From NCBI RefSeq assembly GCF_009914755.1, contig NC_060925.1: a stretch of 64,000 bases of DNA; one strand, given 5' to 3'. Positions 42,201 to 56,700 of the stretch are shown piece after piece. Under the pieces are notes generated by a model. That model did not search any database, was not told the origin of the DNA, and saw only the letters and a list, made by a program, of their open reading frames with translations. Both the position numbers and the translations under genes were made by a program. Source of the stretch: the human T2T-CHM13v2.0 reference genome, Homo sapiens. Positions within the stretch are counted from its first letter, which is position 1; the number at the start of each line of letters is the position of its first letter.

Positions 42201-44646
42201 ATGATGACTCCATTCGAGTTCATTGACTATTCCATTCCATTTCAATCGATGATTCCTTTCAAGTCCATTCGATGATTCCATTCGATTGCATTCGATTATT
42301 CCATTCGATTGCATTCGATAATTCCATTCGATTCCATTTGAGGATAATTCCATTTGAGTCCATTCGATGATTGTTCCATTCGATTCTATTCGGTGATTCC
42401 ATTCGATTCCACTTGATAATGATGCCATTCGAGACCATTCGATGATTCCATTCAATTCCATTCAATAATGATTCCATTCGAGTCCATTCAATGATTCCAT
42501 TCAAGTCCATTCGATGATTCCATCTGATTCCATTCAATGAATCCATTCGATTCCATTCTATGATTATTCCATTCATTTCCATCTGATGATGATTCCATTC
42601 GATTCCATTCAATGATTCCATTCGATTCCATTTGATGATGATTTCAATCAATTTCATTCGATGATTCCATTCGAATCCATTCGATGATGAGTCCATCCAT
42701 TTCAATTTCATGATAATTCCATTCGTTTCAATTCGATGGAGTTTCCATTCGATTCCATTCGATGTTGATTCCATTAGTTTCCATTGGATGATGATTCCAT
42801 TCGAGTCCATTCGATGATGATCACAATGGATTTCATTCCATAATTCTATTCGATTCCATTTGATGATGATTCCATCTGATTCCATTTGATGATGTCATTC
42901 GTTTCCATCCGATGATGATTCCATTCGATTCCGTCCAATGATTATTCCATTCGAGTCCATTCGATGATTCCATTCGATTCCATTCGATGATGATTGCATT
43001 TGAGACCATGGATTCTTCCATTCCATTCCATTAGATGATTCCATTCGAGTCCGTTCGATGATTCTCTTCGATTCCATTCGATAATTCCGTTTGATTCTGT
43101 GTGATGTTGATTCCATTCGAGTCCATTCGACGATAATTCCATTCGATTCTATGCGATGATTCCATTCCATTCCATTTGGAGGTGGTTCCATTCGAGACCA
43201 TTCGTTGATTGCATTCAATTCTTTCGATGACGATGCCATTCAATTCCGTTCAATGATTCCATTAGATTCCATTTGATGATGATTCCATTCGATTCCATTT
43301 GATGATGATTCCATGTGATTCCATTAGATGATGACTCCTTTCATTTCCATTCAATGAGGATTCCATTCGGTTCCATTTGATGATGATTCCTTTGAATTCC
43401 ATTTGATGACAATTCCATTCAATACCAATTGATGATGTTTATTTTTGATTCCATTTGATGATGATTACATTCGATTCCATTTGATCATGATTCCATTCGA
43501 TTCCACTCGATGATTCCATTCGATTCCATTCAATGATTATTCCATTTGTGTCGATTCGATGACTCCATTCGATTGTATTCGATGGTGATTGAATTCGAGT
43601 CCATGGATTAATCCATTGCATTCCATTTGATGATTCCATTCGAGTCCATTCGATGATTCTATTCGATTGCATTCGATAATTCCATTCGATTGCATTCGGT
43701 AAATCCATTTGATTCCATTTGAAGATAATTCCATTTGAGTCCATTCGATGATTGTTCCATTCGATTCTATTCGGTGATTCCATTCGACTTCATTTGATAA
43801 TGATTCCGTTCGAGACCATTCGATGATTCTATTCAATTCCATTCAATAATGATTCCATTCGAGTCCATTCAATGATTCCATTCAAGTCCATTCGATGATT
43901 CCATCTGATTCCATTCAATGAATCCATTCGATTCCATTCTATGATGACTCCATTCATTTCCATCTGATGATGATTCCATTCGATTCCATTCAATGATTCC
44001 ATTCGATTCCATTTGATGATGATTTCAATCAATTTCATTCGATGATTCCATTCGAATCCATTCGATGATGAGTCCATCCATTTCAATTTCATGATAATTC
44101 CATTCGTTTCAATTCGATGGAGTTTCCATTCGATTCCATTCGATGTTGATTCCATTAGTTTCCATTGCATGATGATTCCATTCGTGTCCATTTGATGATG
44201 ATCACAATGGATTTCATTCCATAATTCTATTCGATTCCATTTGATGATGATTCCATCTGATTCCCTTTGATGATCCCATTCGATTCCATTCGATGATGAT
44301 TCCATTCGTTTCCATCCGATGATGATTCCATTCGATTCCGTTCAATGATTATTCCATTCGAATCCATTCGATGATTCCATTCGATTCCATTCGATGATGA
44401 TTACATTCGAGTCCATGGATTCTTCTATTCCATTCCATTAGATGATTCCATTCGAGTCCGTTCGATGATTCTCTTCGATTCCATTCGATAATTCCGTTTG
44501 ATTCCGTTTGATGTTGATTCCATTCGAGGCCATTCGATGATAATTCCATTCGATTCTATGCCATGATTCCATTCCATTCCATTTGGAGATGGTTCCATTC
44601 GAGACCATTCGTTGATTGCATTCAATTCATTCGATGACGATTCCAT

Positions 44647-45160
44647 TCAATTCCGTTCAATGATTCCATTAGATTCCATTGGATGATGATTCCATTCGAG
44701 TCCATTCAATGATGATCACATTGGATTTCATTCCATAATTCTATTCGATTTCATTTGATGATGAATCCATCTGATTCCATTTGATGATCCCATTCGATTC
44801 CATTCGATGATGATTCCATTCGTTTCCATCCGATGATGATTCCATTCGATTCCGTTCAATGATTATTCCATTCGAGTCCATTCGAAGATGCCATTCGATT
44901 CCATTCGATGATGATTGCATTCGAGTCCATGGATTCTTCCATTCCATTCCATTAGATGATTCCATTCGAGTCCGTTCGATGATTCTCTTCGATTCCATTC
45001 GATAATTCCGTTTGATTCCGTTTGATGTTGATTCCATTCGAGTCCATTCGATGATAATTCCATTCGATTCTATGCGATGATTCCATTCCATTCCATTTGG
45101 AGATGGTTCCATTCGAGACCATTCGTTGATTGCATTGAATTCATTCGATGACGATTCCAT
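44647..45160 (+). repeat. Truncated 514-bp remnant unit (893 bp shorter than A)
   Basis: Landmarks 44646 and 45160. The junction at ~44661-44700 joins TGATTCCATTAGATTCCATT directly to GGATGATGATTCCATTCGAGTCC...CACATTGG. Confidence 0.9.
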
Positions 45161-48100
45161 TCAATTCCGTTCAATGATTCCGTTATATTCCATTTGGCGA
45201 TGATTCCATTCGATTCCATTTGATGATGATTCCATGCGATTCCATTAGATGATGACTCCTTTCATTTCCATTCAATGAGGATTCCATTCGGTTCCATTTG
45301 ATGATGATTCCTTTGAATTCCAATTGATGACAATTCCATTCAATACCAATTGATGATGCTTATTTTTGATTCCATTTGATGATGAATACATTCGATTCCA
45401 TTTGATCATGATTCCATTCGATTCCACTCGATGATTCCATTCGATTCCATTCAATGATTATTCCATTTGAGTCGATTCGATGACTCCATTCGATTGTATT
45501 CGATGGTGATTGAATTCGAGTCCATGGATTAATCCATTGCATTCCATTCGATGATTCCATTCGAGTCCATTCGATTATTCTATTCGATTGCATTCGATAT
45601 TTCCATTCGATTGCATTCGATAAATCCATTTGATTCCATTTGAGGATAATTCCATTTGAGTCCATTCAATGATTGTTCCATTCGATTCTATACGGTGATT
45701 CCATTCGACTTCATTTGATAATGATTCCATTCGGGACCATTCGATGATTCCATTCAATTCCATTCAAAAATGATTCCATTCGAGTCCATTCAATGATTCC
45801 ATTCAAGTCCATTCGATGATTCCATCTGATTCCATTCAATGAATCCATTCGATTCCATTCTATGATGACTCCATTCATTTCCATCTGATGATGATTCCAT
45901 TCGATTCCACTCAATGATTCCATTCGATTCCATTTGATGATGATTTCAATCAATTTCATTCGATGATTCCATTCGAATCCATTCGATGATGAGTCCATCC
46001 ATTTCAATTTCATGATAATTCCATTCGTTTCAATTCGATGGAGTTTCCATTCGATTCCATTCGATGTTGATTCCATTAGTTTCCATTGCATGATGATTCC
46101 ATTCGAGTCCATTTGATGATGATCACAATGGATTTCATTCCATAATTCTATTCGATTCCATTTGATGGTGATTCCATCTGATTCCATTTGATGATCCCAT
46201 TCGATTCCATTCGATGATGATTCCATTCATTTCCATCCGATGATGATTCCATTCGATTCCGTTCAATGATTATTCCATTCGAGTCCATTCGATGATTCCA
46301 TTCGATTCCATTCGATGATGATTGCATTCGAGTCCATGGATTCTTCCATTCCATTCCATTAGATGATTCCATTCGAGTCCGTTCGATGATTCTCTTCGAT
46401 TCCATTCGATAATTCCGTTTGATTCCGTTTGATGTTGATTCCATTCGAGTCCATTCGATGATAATTCCATTCGATTCTATGCGATGATTCCATTCCATTC
46501 CATTTGGAGATGGTTCCATTCGAGACCATTCGTTGATTGCATTCAATTCATTCGATGACGATTCCATTCAATTCCGTTCAATGATTCCGTTATATTCCAT
46601 TTGGCGATGATTCCATTCGATTCCATTTGATGATGATTCCATGCGATTCCATTAGATGATGACTCCTTTCATTTCCATTCAATGAGGATTCCATTCGGTT
46701 CCATTTGATGATGATTCCTTTGAATTCCATTTGATGACAATTCCATTCAATACCAATTGATGATACTTATTTTTGATTCCATTTGATGATGAATACATTC
46801 GATTCCATTTGATCATGATTCCATTCGATTCCACTTGATGATTCCATTCCATTCCATTCAATGATTATTCCATTTGAGTCGATTTGATGACTCCATTCGA
46901 TTGTATTCGATGGTGATTGAATTCGAGTCCATGGATTAATCCATTGCATTCCATTCGATGATTACATTCGAGTCCATTCGATGATTCTATTCGATTGCAT
47001 TCGATAATTCCATTCGATTGCATTCGATAAATCCATTTGATTCCATTTGAGGATAATTCCATTTGAGTCCATTCAATGATTGTTCCATTCGATTCTATTC
47101 GGTGATTCCATTCGACTTCATTTGATAATGATTCCATTCGAGACCATTCGATGATTCCATTCAATTCCATTCAATAATGATTCCATTCGAGTCCATTCAA
47201 TGATTCCATTCAAGTCCATTCGATGATTCCATCTGATTCCATTCAATGAATCCATTCGATTCCATTCTATGATGATTCCATTCATTTCCATCTGATGATG
47301 ATTCCATTCGATTCCATTCAATGATTCCATTCGATTCCATTTGATGATGATTTCAATCAATTTCATTCGATGATTCCATTCGAATCCATTCGATGATGAG
47401 TCCATCCATTTCAATTTCATGATAATTCCATTCGTTTCAATTCGATGGAGTTTGCATTCGATTCCATTCGATGTTGATTCCATTAGTTTCCATTGCATGA
47501 TGATTCCATTCGAGTCTATTTGATGATGATCACAATGGATTTCATTCCATAATTCTATTCGATTCCATTTGATGATGATTCCATCTGATTCCATTTGATG
47601 ATCCCATTCGATTCCATTCGATGATGATTCCATTCGTTTCCATCCGATGATGATTCCATTTGATTCCGTTCAATGATTATTCCATTCGAATCCATTCGAT
47701 GATTCCATTCGATTCCATTCGATGATGATTGCATTCGAGTCCATGGATTCTTCCATTCCATTCCATTAGATGATTCCATTCGAGTCCGTTCGATGATTCT
47801 CTTCGATTCCATTCGATAATTCCGTTTGATTCCGTTTGACGTTGATTCCATTCGAGTCCATTTGATGATAATTCCATTCGATTCTATGCCATGATTCCAT
47901 TCCATTCCATTTGGAGATGGTTCCATTCGAGACCATTCGTTGATTGCATTCAATTCATTCGATGACGATTCCATTCAATTCCGTTCAATGATTCCGTTAT
48001 ATTCCATTTGGCGATGATTCCATTCGATTCCATTTGATGATGATTCCATGCGATTCCATTAGATGATGACTCCTTTCATTTCCATTCAATGAGGATTCCA

Positions 48101-50761
48101 TTAGGTTCCTTTTGATGATGATTCCTTTGAATTCCGTTTGATGACAATTCCATTCAATACCTATTGATGATGTTTATTTTTGATTCCATTTGATGATGAT
48201 TACTTTCGATTCCATTTGATCATGATTCCATTGGATTCCACTCGATGATTCCATTCGATTCCATTCAATGATTATTCCATTTGGGTCGATTCGATGACTC
48301 CATTCGATTGTATTCGATGGTGATAGAATTCGAGTCCATGGATTAATCCATTGCATTCCATTAGATGATTCCATTCGAGTCCTTTCGATGATTCTATTCG
48401 ATTGCATTCGATAATTCCATTGGATTGCATTCGATAAATCCATTTGATTCCATTTGAAGATAATTCCATTTGAGTCCATTCGATGATTGTTCCATTCGAT
48501 TCTATTCGGTGATTCCATTCGACTTCATTTGATAATGATTCCATTCGAGACCATTCGATGATTCTATTCAATTCCATTCCATAATGATTCCATTCGAGTC
48601 CATTCAACGATTCCATTCAAGTCCATTCGATGATTCCATCTGATTCCATTCAATGAATCCATGCGATTCCATTCTATGATGATTCCATTCATTTCCATCT
48701 GATGATGATTCCATTCGATTCCATTCAATGATTCCTTTCGATTCCATTTGATGATGATTTCAATCAATTTCATTCGATGATTCCATTCGAATCCATTCGA
48801 TGATGAGTCCATCCATTTCAATTTCATGATAATTCCATTCGTTTCAATTCGATGGTGTTTCCATTCGATTCCATTCGATGTTGATTCCATTAGTTTCCAT
48901 TGGATGATGATTCCATTCGAGTCCATTCAATAATGATCACATTGGATTCCATTCCATAATTCTATTCGATTCCATTTGATGATGATTCCATCTGATTCCA
49001 TTTGATGATCCCATTCGATTCCATTCGATGATGATTCCATTCGTTTCCATCCGATGATGATTCATTCGTTTCCGTTCAATGATTTTTCCATTCGAGTCCA
49101 TTCGATGATTCCATTCGATTCCATTCGATGATGATTGCATTCGAGTCCATGGATTCTTCCATTCCATTGCAATAGATGATTCCATTCGAGTCCGTTCGGT
49201 GATTCTCTTCGATTCCATTCGATAATTCCGTTTGATTCCGTTTGATGTTGATTCCATTCGAGTCCATTCGATGATAATTCCATTCGATTCTATGCGATGA
49301 TTCCATTCCATTCCATTTGGATGTGTTTCCATTCGAGACCATTCGTTGATTGCATTGAATTCATTCGATGACGATTCCATTCAATTCCGTTCAATGATTC
49401 CATTAGATTCCATTTGATGATGATTCCATGCGATTCCATTAGATGATGACTCCTTTCATTTCCATTCAATGAGGATTCCATTCGGTTCCTTTCGATGATG
49501 ATTCCTTTGAATTCCGTTTGATGACAATTCCATTCAATACCTATTGATGATGTTTATTTTTGATTCCATTTGATGATGATTACTTTCGATTCCATTTGAT
49601 CATGATTCCATTGGATTCCACTCGATGATTCCATTCGATTCCATTCAATGATTATTCCATTTGAGTCGATTCGATGACTCCATTCGATTGTATTCGATGG
49701 TGATTGAATTCGAGTCCATGGATTAATCCATTGCATTCCATTCGATGATTCCATTCGAGTCCATTCGATGATTGTATTCGATTGCATTCGATAATTCCAT
49801 TCGATTGCATTCGATAAATCCATTTGATTCCATTTGAAGATAATTCCATTTGAGTCCATTCGATGATTGTTGCATTCGATTCTATTCGGGGATTCCATTC
49901 GACTTCATTTGATAATGATTCCATTCGAGACCATTCGATGATTCTATTCAATTCCATTCAATAATGATTCCATTCGAGTCCATTCAACGATTCCATTCAA
50001 GTCCATTCGATGATTCCATCTGATTCCATTCAATGAATCCATGCGATTCCATTCTATGATGATTCCATTCATTTCCATCTGATGATGATTCCATTCGATT
50101 CCATTCAATGATTCCTTTCGATTCCATTTGATGATGATTTCAATCAATTTCATTCGATGATTCCATTCGAATCCATTCGATGTTGAGTCCATCCATTTCA
50201 ATTTCATGATAATTCCATTCGTTTCAATTCGATGGTGTTTCCATTCGATTCCATTCGATGTTGATTCCATTAGTTTCCATTGGATGATGATTCCATTCGA
50301 GTCCATTCAATGATGATCACATTGGATTTCATTCCATAATTCTATTCGATTCCATTTGATGATGATTCCATCTGATTCCATTTGATGATCCCATTCGATT
50401 CCATTCGATGATGATTCCATTCGTTTCCATCCGATGATGATTCCATTCGATTCCGTTCAATGATTATTCCATTCGAGTCCATTCGATGATTCCATTCGAT
50501 TCCATTCGATGATGATTGCATTCGGGTCCATGGATTCTTCCATTCCATTCCATTAGATGATTCCATTCGAGTCCGTTCGATGATTCTCTTCGATTCCATT
50601 CGATAATTCCGTTTGATTCCGTTTGATGTTGATTCCATTCGAGTCCATTCGATGATAATTCCATTCGATTCTATGCCATGATTCCATTCCATTCCATTTG
50701 GAGATGGCTCCATTCGAGACCATTCGTTGATTGCATTCAATTCATTCGATGGCGATTCCAT

Positions 50762-53700
50762 TCAATTCCGTTCAGTGATTCCATTAGATTCCATTTGATG
50801 ATGATTCCATTCGATTCCATTTGATGATGATTCCATGCGATTCCATTAGATGATGACTTCTTTCATTTCCATTCAATGAGGATTCCATTCGGTTCCATTT
50901 GATGATGATTCCTTTGAATTCCGTTTGATGACAATTCCATTCAATGCCTATTGATGATGTTTATTTTTGATTCCATTTGATGATGATTACATTCGATTCC
51001 ATTTGATCATGATTCCATTCGATTCCACTCGATGATTCCATTCAATGATGATTCCATTCGTGTTCATTGACTATTCCATTCCATTTCAATCGATGATTCC
51101 TTTCAAGTCCATTCGATGATTCTGTTCGATTGCATTCGATTATTCCATTCGATTGCATTCGTTAATTCCATTCGATTCCATTTGAGGATAATTCCATTTG
51201 AGTCCATTCGATGATTGTTCCATTCGATTCTATTCGGTGATTCCATTCGATTCCATTTGATAATGATGCCATTCGAGACCATTCGATGATTCCATTCAAT
51301 TCCATTCCATAATGATTCCATTCGAGTCCATTCAATGATTCCATTCAAGTCCATTTGATGATTCCATCTGATTCCATTCAATGAATCCATTCGATTCCAT
51401 TCTATGATGATTCCATTCATTTCCATTTGATGATGATTCCATTCGATTCCATTCAATGATTCCATTCGATTCCATTTGATGATGATTTCAATCAATTTCA
51501 TTCGATGATTCCATTCGAATCCATTCGATGATGAGTCCATCCATTTCAATTTCATGATAATTCCATTCGTTTCAATTCGATGGAGTTTCCATTCGATTCC
51601 ATTCGATGTTGATTCCATTAGTTTCCATTGGATGATGATTCCATTCGAGTCCATTCGATGATGATCACAATGGATTTCATTCCATAATTGTATTCGATTC
51701 CATTTGATGATCATTCCATCTGATTCCATTTGATGATTCCATTCGTTTCCATCCGATGGTGATTCCATTCGATTCCGTTCAATGATTATTCCATTCGAGT
51801 CCATTCTATGATTCCATTCGATTCCATTCGATGATGATTGCATTCGAGAAAATGGATTCTTCCATTCCATTCCATTAGATGATTCCATTCGAGTCCATTC
51901 GATGATTCTCTTCGATTCCATTCGATAATTCCGTTTGATTCTGTTTGATGTTGATTCCATTCGAGTCCATTCAATGATAATTCCATTCAATTCTATGCGA
52001 TGATTCCATTCCTTTCCATTTGGAGGTGGTTCCTTCGAGACCATTCGTTGATTGCATTCAATTCATTCGATGACGATTCCATTGAATTCCGTTCAATGAT
52101 TCCATTAGATTCCATTTGATGATGATTCCATTCGATTCCATTTGATGATGATTCCATGTGATTCCATTAGATGATGACTCCTTTCATTTCCATTCAATGA
52201 GGATTCCATTCGGTTCCATTTGATGATGATTCCTTTGAATTCCATTTGATGACAATTCCATTCAAAACCAATTGATGATGTTTATTTTTGATTCCATTTG
52301 ATGATGATTACATTCCATTCCATTTGATCATGATTCCATTCGATTCCACTCGATGATTCCATTCGATTCCATTCAATGATTATTCCATTTGAGTCGATTC
52401 GATGACTCCATTCGATTGTATTCGATGGTGATTGAATTCGAGTCCATGGATTAATCCATTGCATTCCATTCGATGATTCCATTCGAGTCCACTCGATGAT
52501 TCTATTCGATTGCATTCGATAATTCCATTCGATTGCATTCGATAAATCCATTTGATTCCATTTGAGGATAATTTCATTTGAGTCCATTCGATGATTTTAC
52601 CATTCGATTCTATTCAGTGATTCCATTCGACTTCATTTGATAATGATTCCATTCGTGACCATTCGATGATTCTATTCAATTCCATTCAATAATGATTCCA
52701 TTCGAGTCCATTCAACGATTCCATTCAAGTCCATTCGATGATTCCATCTGATTCCATTCAATGAATCCATGCGATTCCATTCTATGATGATTCCATTCAT
52801 TTCCATCTGATGATGATTCCATTCGATTCCATTCAATGATTCCTTTCGATTCCATTTGATGATGATTTCAATCAATTTCATTCGATGATTCCATTCGAAT
52901 CCATTCGATGATGAGTCCATCCATTTCAATTTCATGATGATTCCATTCGTTTCAATTCGATGGTGTTTCCATTCGATTCCATTCGATGTTGATTCCATTA
53001 GTTTCCATTGGATGATGATTCCATTCGAGTCCATTCAATGATGATCACATTGGATTTCATTCCATAATTCTATTCGATTCCATTTGATGATGATTCCATC
53101 TGATTCCTTTTGATGATCCCATTCGATTCCATTCGATGATGATTCCATTCGTTTCCATCCGATGATGATTCCATTCGATTCCGTTCAATGATTATTCCAT
53201 TCGAGTCCATTCGATGATTCCATTCGATTCCATTCGATGATGATTGCATTCGAGTCCATGGATTCTTCCATTCCATTCCATTAGATGATTCCATTCGAGC
53301 CCGTTCGATGATTCTCTTCGATTCCATTCGATAATTCCGTTTGATTCCGTTTGATGTTGATTCCATTCGGGTCCATTCGATGATAATTCCATTCGATTCT
53401 ATGCGATGATTCCATTGCATTCCATTTGGAGGTGGTTCCATTCGAGACCATTCGTTGATTGCATTCAATTCATTCGATGACGATTCCATTCAATTCCGTT
53501 CAATGATTCCATTAGATTCCATTTGATGATGATTCCATTCGATTCCGTTTGATGATGATTCCATGCGATTCCATTAGATGATGACTCCTTTCATTTCCAT
53601 TCAATGAGGATTCCATTCGGTTCCATTTGATGATGATTCCTTTGAATTCCATTTGATGACAATTCCATTCAATACCAATTGATGATGTTTATTTTTGATT

Positions 53701-56700
53701 CCATTTGATGATGATTATATTCGATTCCATTTGATCATGATTCCATTCGATTCCACTCGATGATTCCATTCAATGATGATTCCATTCGAGTTCATTGACT
53801 ATTCCATTCCATTTCAATCGATGATTCCTTTCAAGTCAATTCGATGATTCTGTTCGATTGCATTCGATTATTCCATTCGATTGCATTCGATAATTCCATT
53901 CGATTCCATTTGAGGATAATTCCATTTGAGTCCATTCGATGATTGTTCCATTCGATTCTATTCGGTGATTCCATTCGATTACATTTGATGATGATTCCAT
54001 TCGAGACCATTCGATGATTCCATTCAATTCCATTCAATAATGATTCCATTCGAGTCCATTCAATGATTCCATTCAAGTCCATTCGATGATTCCATCTGAT
54101 TCCATTCAATGAATCCATGCGATCCATTCTATGATGATTCCATTCATTTCCATCTGATGATGATTCCATTCGATTCCATTCAATGATTCCATTCGATTCC
54201 ATTTGATGATGATTTCAATCAAATTCATTCGATGATTCCATTCGAATCCATTCGATGATGATTCCATCCATTTCAATTTCATGATAATTCCATTCGTTTC
54301 AATTCGATGGAGTTTCCATTCGATTCCATACGATGTTGATTCCATTAGTTTCCATTGGATGATGATTCCATTCGAGTCCATTCGATGATGATCACAATGG
54401 ATTTCATTCCATAATTCTATTCGATTCCATTTGATGATGATTCCATCTGATTCCATTTGATGATTCCATTCGTTTCCATCCGATGATGATTCCATTCGAT
54501 TCCCTTCAATGATTATTCCATTCGAGTCCATTCGATGATTCCATTCGATTCCATTCGATGATGATTGCATTCGAGACCTTGGATTCTTCCATTCCATTCC
54601 ATTAGATGATTCCATTCGAGTCCATTCGATGATTCTCTTCGATTCCATTCGATAATTCCGTTTGATTCCGTTTGATGATGATTCCATTCGAGTCCATTCA
54701 ATAATTCCATTCGATTCTATGCGATGATTCCATTCCTTTCCATTTGGAGGTGGTTCCATTCGAGACCATTCGTTGATTGCATTCAATTCATTCGATGACG
54801 ATTCCATTGAATTCCGTTCAATGATTCCTTTAGATTCCATTTGATGATGATTCCATTCGATTCCATTTGATGATGATTCCATGCGATTCCATTAGATGAT
54901 GACTCCTTTCATTTCCATTCAATGAGGATTCCATTCGGTTCCATTTGATGATGATTCCTTTGAATTCCATTTGATGACAATTCCATTCAATACCAATTGA
55001 TGATGTTTATTTTTGATTCCATTTGATGATGATTATATTCGATTCCATTTGATCATGATTCCATTCGATTCCACTCGATGATTCCATTCGATTCCATTCA
55101 ATGATTATTCCATTTGAGTTGATTCGATGACACCATTCGATTGTATTCGATGGTGATTGAATTCGAGTCCATGGATTAATCCATTGCATTCCATTCGATG
55201 ATTCCATTCGAGTCCATTCGATGATTCTATTCGATTGCATTCGATAATTCCATTCGATTATATTCGATAAATCCATTTGATTCCATTTGAGGATAATTCC
55301 ATTTGAGTCCATTCGATGATTGTTCCATTCGATTCTATTCGGTGATTCCATTCGACTTCATTTGATAATGATTCCATTCGAGACCATTCGATGATTCTAT
55401 TCAATTCCATTCAATAATGATTCCATTCGAGTCCATTCAACGATTCCATTCAAGTCCATTCGATGATTCCATCTGATTCCATTCAATGAATCCATGCGAT
55501 TCCATTCTATGATGATTCCATTCATTTCCATCTGATGATGATTCCATTCGATTCCATTCAATGATTCCTTTCGATTCCATTTGATGATGATTTCAATCAA
55601 TTTCATTCGATGATTCCATTCGAATCCATTCGATGATGAGTCCATCCATTTCAATTTCATGATAATTCCATTCGTTTCAATTCGATGGTGTTTCCATTCG
55701 ATTCCATTCGATGTTGATTCCATTAGTTTCCATTGGATGATGATTCCATTCGAGTCCATTCAATGATGATCACATTGGATTTCATTCCATAATTCTATTC
55801 GATTCCATTTGATGATGATTCCATCTGATTCCATTTGATGATCCCATTCGATTCCATTCGATGATGATTCCATTCGTTTCCATTAGATGATGATTCCATT
55901 CGATTCCGTTCAATGATTATTCCATTCGAGTCCATTCGATGATTCCATTCCATTCCATTCGATGATGATTGCATTCGAGTCCATGAATTCTTCCATTCCA
56001 TTCCATTAGATGATTCCATTCGAGTCCGTTCGATGATTCCCTTCGATTCCATTCGATAATTCCGTTTGATTCCGTTTGATGTTGATTCCATTCGAGTCCA
56101 TTCGATGATAATTCCATTCGATTCTATGCGATGATTCCATTCCATTCCATTTGGAGATGGTTCCATTCGAGACCATTCGTTGATTGCATTCTATTCATTC
56201 GATGACGATTCTATTCAATTCCGTTCAATGATTCCATTAGATTCCATTTGATGATGATTCCATTCGATTCCATTTGATGATGATTCCATGCGATTCCATT
56301 AGAGGATGACTCCTTTCATTTCCATTCAATGAGGATTACATTCGGTTCCATTTGATGATGATTCCTTTGAATTCCGTTTGATGACAATTCCATTCAATAC
56401 CAATTGATGATGGTTATTTTGATTCCATTTGATGATGATTACTTTCGATTCCATTTGATCATGATTCCATTCGATTCCACTCGATGATTCCATTCAATGA
56501 TGATTCCATTCGAGTTCATTGACTATTCCATTCCATTTCAATCGATGATTCCTTTCAAGTCCATTCGATGATTCTATTCGATTGCATTCGATTATTCCAT
56601 TCGATTGCATTCGATAATTCCATTCGATTCCATTTGAGGATAATTCCATTTGAGTCTATTCGATGATTGTTCCATTCGATTCTATTCGGTGATTCCATTC

